Source of the DNA: a virus | Length of the DNA stretch: 64,000 bases | Direction: 5' to 3' (one strand) | Virus record (IMG/VR): IMGVR_UViG_3300045988_162372 | Shown here: positions 61,018 through 64,000 of the stretch, one piece after another | How the letters are laid out: each line of letters begins with the position of its first letter | How positions within the stretch are numbered: position 1 is the first letter of the stretch | Program-made: the position numbers and the translations under genes | Notes under the pieces: generated by a model | The model's database searches: none | What the model was told of the DNA's origin: nothing | The model's input: the letters and a program-made list of their open reading frames with translations, nothing else

Positions 61018-61061
61018 GTTTCAATCCCTCTCCATCCTGAAGGACGGAGTTCCCTTGAAAC
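61018..61061 (+). promoter_or_regulatory. GC-rich leader hairpin 8 nt upstream of ATG 61069
   Basis: GTTTCAA/TTGAAAC outer stem, symmetric 5x5 pyrimidine internal loop (TCCCT/TTCCC), inner stem CTCCATCC/GGACGGAG, TGAA loop. Confidence 0.5.
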
Positions 61062-61068
61062 AAATTAT

Positions 61069-62079
61069 ATGGAAAATAATGAACTTTTGTATGACAAGGA
61101 TTTGGCTAATCGCTTTGTAAGTGATTATAAGTTGCCTATACAGCTAACTGATAAGAAGTATTTCTTTTATTTTCTTTCATTATATGAGAAAGAATACAAA
61201 TCATTAACAAAATATATACAGCTTTGTAATTTAATCAAAGAGAAGTATTACGATTCACCTAAGCTGTTCTTGGAGAAATATTACGAAGTGCGTGATGATA
61301 TTATAAAAACTGTCGAGGCAAGTAAGGCATATCAGAAGTTTAATAATATGGATATGTCTGTGTTTTCTATTAAAAATAAAAAGAATATCACAACAAACAA
61401 TATCTATAATGAGAATAATGCAGGGCGTATTTTCGTTTCATTTGACTTAAAGAAGGCTAATTTCCAAGCATTGAAGTATGTTAACCCTGACATCGTATTA
61501 AATGCTGATACTTATCAGGATTTTATTAAGAAATTCACAGATTTGGATTATGTTGCAGAAAGCAAGTATACAAGGCAAGTAGTGTTTGGCAAAATGAACC
61601 CAAAACGTCATATTACTGTTGAAAAGTATATGATTGATAAGGTATACGAATATATCACCGAAACCCATCATCTTACGAATTGTGTATCTATGTCAAATGA
61701 CGAACTTGTATTTGATATGGGTGAGGCTAAAAAACTTGACAGTCTTGCTATTCATAGTATTAATATTACTTGTGAGATGATTAGACAATTCATCCAAACA
61801 ATGTTGGGATTTGAAATGAATTTAGAAGTTTTCAAACTGCATAAATTACAACTTTGCTGTAACAAGTTCAAGAGAAGCCCTTATTATTATAAGGAATATT
61901 TGAATACAGAAGAACCAAAAGGAAAACTGATGTGCGTACCTATGAATTACTTTGCAATTGTATATAAGCTGTTTAATAATCTACCTTTGCAAGAAGAAGA
62001 CTATCATTTCGATTATGAAGGATTGGATAGCAAATATTGTGAGAATTTTTACCTTCTAACTGATTTTCAAAATAACTAA
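61069..62079 (+). CDS. hypothetical protein (336 aa)
   Basis: ORF track; weak palm-like motif string (see findings). Confidence 0.7.
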   Translation: MENNELLYDKDLANRFVSDYKLPIQLTDKKYFFYFLSLYEKEYKSLTKYIQLCNLIKEKYYDSPKLFLEKYYEVRDDIIKTVEASKAYQKFNNMDMSVFSIKNKKNITTNNIYNENNAGRIFVSFDLKKANFQALKYVNPDIVLNADTYQDFIKKFTDLDYVAESKYTRQVVFGKMNPKRHITVEKYMIDKVYEYITETHHLTNCVSMSNDELVFDMGEAKKLDSLAIHSINITCEMIRQFIQTMLGFEMNLEVFKLHKLQLCCNKFKRSPYYYKEYLNTEEPKGKLMCVPMNYFAIVYKLFNNLPLQEEDYHFDYEGLDSKYCENFYLLTDFQNN

Positions 62080-62083
62080 ATAT

Positions 62084-63130
62084 ATGGATAATAATAAAAC
62101 AAGTATTATATTTTTTGGTTCTGGGGATTTTCCTTACCCTACATTTAAGACCATTGTAGAGAATGAAGTTTATGATGTGAAAGGTTTGGTTACTTCTCCG
62201 TATAAGCCGTATTTTTATTCTGAGACATTGAAAGATGTAGCAGAAAGAAACAATATACCTGTGTTTTCAACACATAAGCCAAATTGTGCAGAGCTTGTCG
62301 AATGGTTGAAAGAAAAGGAAACCGACATTTTCTGTGTGATTTCTTATAAATTCCTTTCAAATGATATATTGAGAATTCCAAAGATAACAGCATTTAATGT
62401 ACACGCTTCATTACTGCCACTACTTCGAGGTGCTGCCCCTATTAACTGGGCAATCAGATATGGTTTTAAAAATACTGGTTTAACCTCATTTGTATTAAAT
62501 GAACATATTGATTGCGGAGAGATTATAAATAATATAAGTATCCCGATTGAAAGTAATGATGATTATGGTGTAGTTTTCAATAGATTATCTGTTCTTAATG
62601 TTGGCTTTACCATTGAAACAATATCACGTTTAAGAAAGTCTGATTGGAGACGTTATTTAATACTTCAACCAGATCATATTGAAGATGATATGTTCATGAA
62701 TGCTCCAAGATTGAATAATGATAATTGTACATTAAATACACATATATTTTCTGCATTTAATTATGCAATACCACAACTTTATGATGTGATTAGGTCGCTA
62801 TCACCAAATATAGGGTTAAATATTACATTAAGGGCAATGAATGAAGAAAGAAATGGTTTCTGTTGCCTTAAAAAATATGATGCCAAAATATATAAAGCTA
62901 AACTTTTTCCTGAGATACCAGAAGAACATAAAAGTTATTGCAAGAGTTATTCAAACGTGGTAACTGATGGTAAATCTTTCATGTACTTAGTTAATAATTT
63001 AAACACACAAATTATATCCATTGAAGAAATACAATTAGCAGGAAAGAAAAAACTTAATATAAAGGATTTTGTTGCAGGTTTTCAATGGGCAAGAGATAAA
63101 AATGTATATTTGCTAATAACTGGTAGATAA
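62084..63130 (+). CDS. fmt: methionyl-tRNA formyltransferase-like protein
   Basis: IIFFGSGDF; FNVHASLLPLLRGAAPINWAI vs remembered E. coli NVHGSLLPRWRGAAPIQ; C-terminal IQLAGKKKLNIKDFVAG vs LQPAGKKAMSAQDLLN. Confidence 0.8.
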   Translation: MDNNKTSIIFFGSGDFPYPTFKTIVENEVYDVKGLVTSPYKPYFYSETLKDVAERNNIPVFSTHKPNCAELVEWLKEKETDIFCVISYKFLSNDILRIPKITAFNVHASLLPLLRGAAPINWAIRYGFKNTGLTSFVLNEHIDCGEIINNISIPIESNDDYGVVFNRLSVLNVGFTIETISRLRKSDWRRYLILQPDHIEDDMFMNAPRLNNDNCTLNTHIFSAFNYAIPQLYDVIRSLSPNIGLNITLRAMNEERNGFCCLKKYDAKIYKAKLFPEIPEEHKSYCKSYSNVVTDGKSFMYLVNNLNTQIISIEEIQLAGKKKLNIKDFVAGFQWARDKNVYLLITGR

Positions 63131-63146
63131 CAAAAAACTTAAATAA

Positions 63147-64000
63147 ATGACATTAAATTTAACGTATAAAGGAAATAAATGGTTGAGTGGGGCAATTCCT
63201 GCTCTTTTGATACACTGCTGCATTGGCAGTGTATATTGTTGGTCTTTGATTAAGAACAACATCGCAATTGAAATGGGTGTGGCTTCTTCCCAAATTGAAT
63301 TTGCATTTTCATTGGCAATTTTCTTTTTGGGCATGAGTGCTGCGTTCTGTGGCAGATTCATCGAAAAGAACGTGAAGTATTCTTCACTTATTTCAGCGAT
63401 TTGCTTTACTTCTGGATTGTTCTTGACAACAGTTGCGATGCATTTGCATAGTATACCCTTGCTGTTCTTATCTTACGGATGTATCATGGGTATCGGATTG
63501 GGTATAGGCTATTTAAGTCCAGTCAAAACATTGATGTTATGGTTCAGCGAACATAAGGGCTTGGCAACTGGTATTGCTATTAGTGGCTTTGGATTATCAA
63601 AAGCAATTCTTTCACCATTCATTGAATGGTGTAATGCAAATTATTCCATTTATGTAACATTGTGGGCTATTTCATTGATAAGTATGTTCTGTATGTTATT
63701 GGCTTCAGCACTTATTAAAAAACCTGAAGGATGGGTGGAAACTACTGATAAATTTTCGATAAAGGATGTGTGGAAAATAATTACAAATTCAGAGTATATT
63801 AAGATATGGCTGATATTTTACATTAACATAACCTTGGGTTTATGTCTGATAAGTTTTGAGAAAGATTTATGTCTTACTAACGGCATAGTTGCTGTGGGCA
63901 TTATATCGTCATTAACGGCATTGTTCAATACTATTGGTAGATTTGGCTATTCTTCCTGTTCGGACTTTTTAAAACGTAAGGAAATAATCTATGTTATTAT
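63147..64000 (+). CDS. MFS transporter, oxalate/formate antiporter-like, partial (runs off window end); not in ORF track
   Basis: Hand translation MTLNLTYKGNKWLSGAIPALLIHCCIGSVYCWSLIKNNIAIEMG... with successive TM helices; G.VY.WS motif near the N-terminus. Confidence 0.7.
   Translation, partial: MTLNLTYKGNKWLSGAIPALLIHCCIGSVYCWSLIKNNIAIEMGVASSQIEFAFSLAIFFLGMSAAFCGRFIEKNVKYSSLISAICFTSGLFLTTVAMHLHSIPLLFLSYGCIMGIGLGIGYLSPVKTLMLWFSEHKGLATGIAISGFGLSKAILSPFIEWCNANYSIYVTLWAISLISMFCMLLASALIKKPEGWVETTDKFSIKDVWKIITNSEYIKIWLIFYINITLGLCLISFEKDLCLTNGIVAVGIISSLTALFNTIGRFGYSSCSDFLKRKEIIYVI

Noticed and set aside
2652-63361. Minus-strand ORFs in the track that overlap + strand genes (e.g. 2652-3026, 4307-4600, 4720-5010, 6015-6281, 9255-9503, 15019-15354, 16172-16519, 26050-26433, 36357-37171, 51783-52103, 59022-59336, 63113-63361)
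   Set aside because: Each is antisense to a better-supported + strand gene, lacks a minus-strand TAnnTTTG box or SD, and has the Leu/Ile/Phe/Ser-rich composition typical of antisense frames in AT-rich DNA.
1-64000. Genome-wide stop-codon reassignment (TGA to Trp or TAG to Gln)
   Set aside because: Under the standard code the ORFs tile the window compactly, with promoters, SDs and ATGA couplings at the expected places. Only one locus (16793) looks like a possible in-frame stop, and it is reported separately.
57900-64000. Prophage/host junction near 57.9 kb, because PncB, ARH, Fmt and MFS look cellular
   Set aside because: There is no att-like repeat, integrase or tRNA at the boundary. Base composition, terminator and promoter style, and interspersed unknown ORFs continue unchanged. 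It cannot be excluded without flanking sequence, so it is kept as a caveat under the Fmt/MFS finding.

Overview
AT-rich, densely packed window, almost all on the + strand. Only 1-2360 and one methyltransferase gene at 44221-44973 are on the - strand. About 120 mostly small ORFs, many with their own Bacteroidota-type promoter (-33 TTTG / -7 TAnnTTTG, usually TAtcTTTGCA or TAccTTTGCA). Together with a tRNA, three homing-endonuclease-type genes, a solo tnpB and the absence of any recognisable structural or housekeeping block, I read this as the early/accessory region of a large Bacteroidota-infecting phage; a plasmid or ICE is less likely. Recognisable products: intein-like LAGLIDADG endonuclease, HNH/NUMOD4 endonuclease, GIY-YIG-like protein, IS200/IS605-family TnpB, two DNA methyltransferases (gamma-class NPPY; beta-class SPPY), ABC-type ATPase, GHKL ATPase, radical SAM protein, S3-like KH-domain protein, 2H-phosphoesterase fusion, RNA ligase, nucleoside 2-deoxyribosyltransferase-like protein, PncB, ADP-ribosylglycohydrolase, Met-tRNA formyltransferase, MFS (oxalate/formate-type) transporter, 3D-domain wall protein, zeta-toxin-like P-loop kinase, SprT-like protease. 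Non-coding signals not explained by the ORFs: (1) six promoter-driven, ORF-less loci sharing a covarying hairpin and a conserved GAAGTATAnTCTCCTTT tail (candidate new sRNA family with an anti-SD-like 3' segment); (2) ten copies of a 16-bp dyad TGTACTC-N4-GAGTA at gene ends or gene starts; (3) two clusters of 12-nt iterons inside and just after ORF 7003-8211, followed by a roughly 39-bp-periodic GTATAC repeat set and a polypurine tract (origin-like); (4) a roughly 270-nt structured leader co-transcribed with tRNA(CAU). All functional calls rest on motif recognition by eye; no searches were run.
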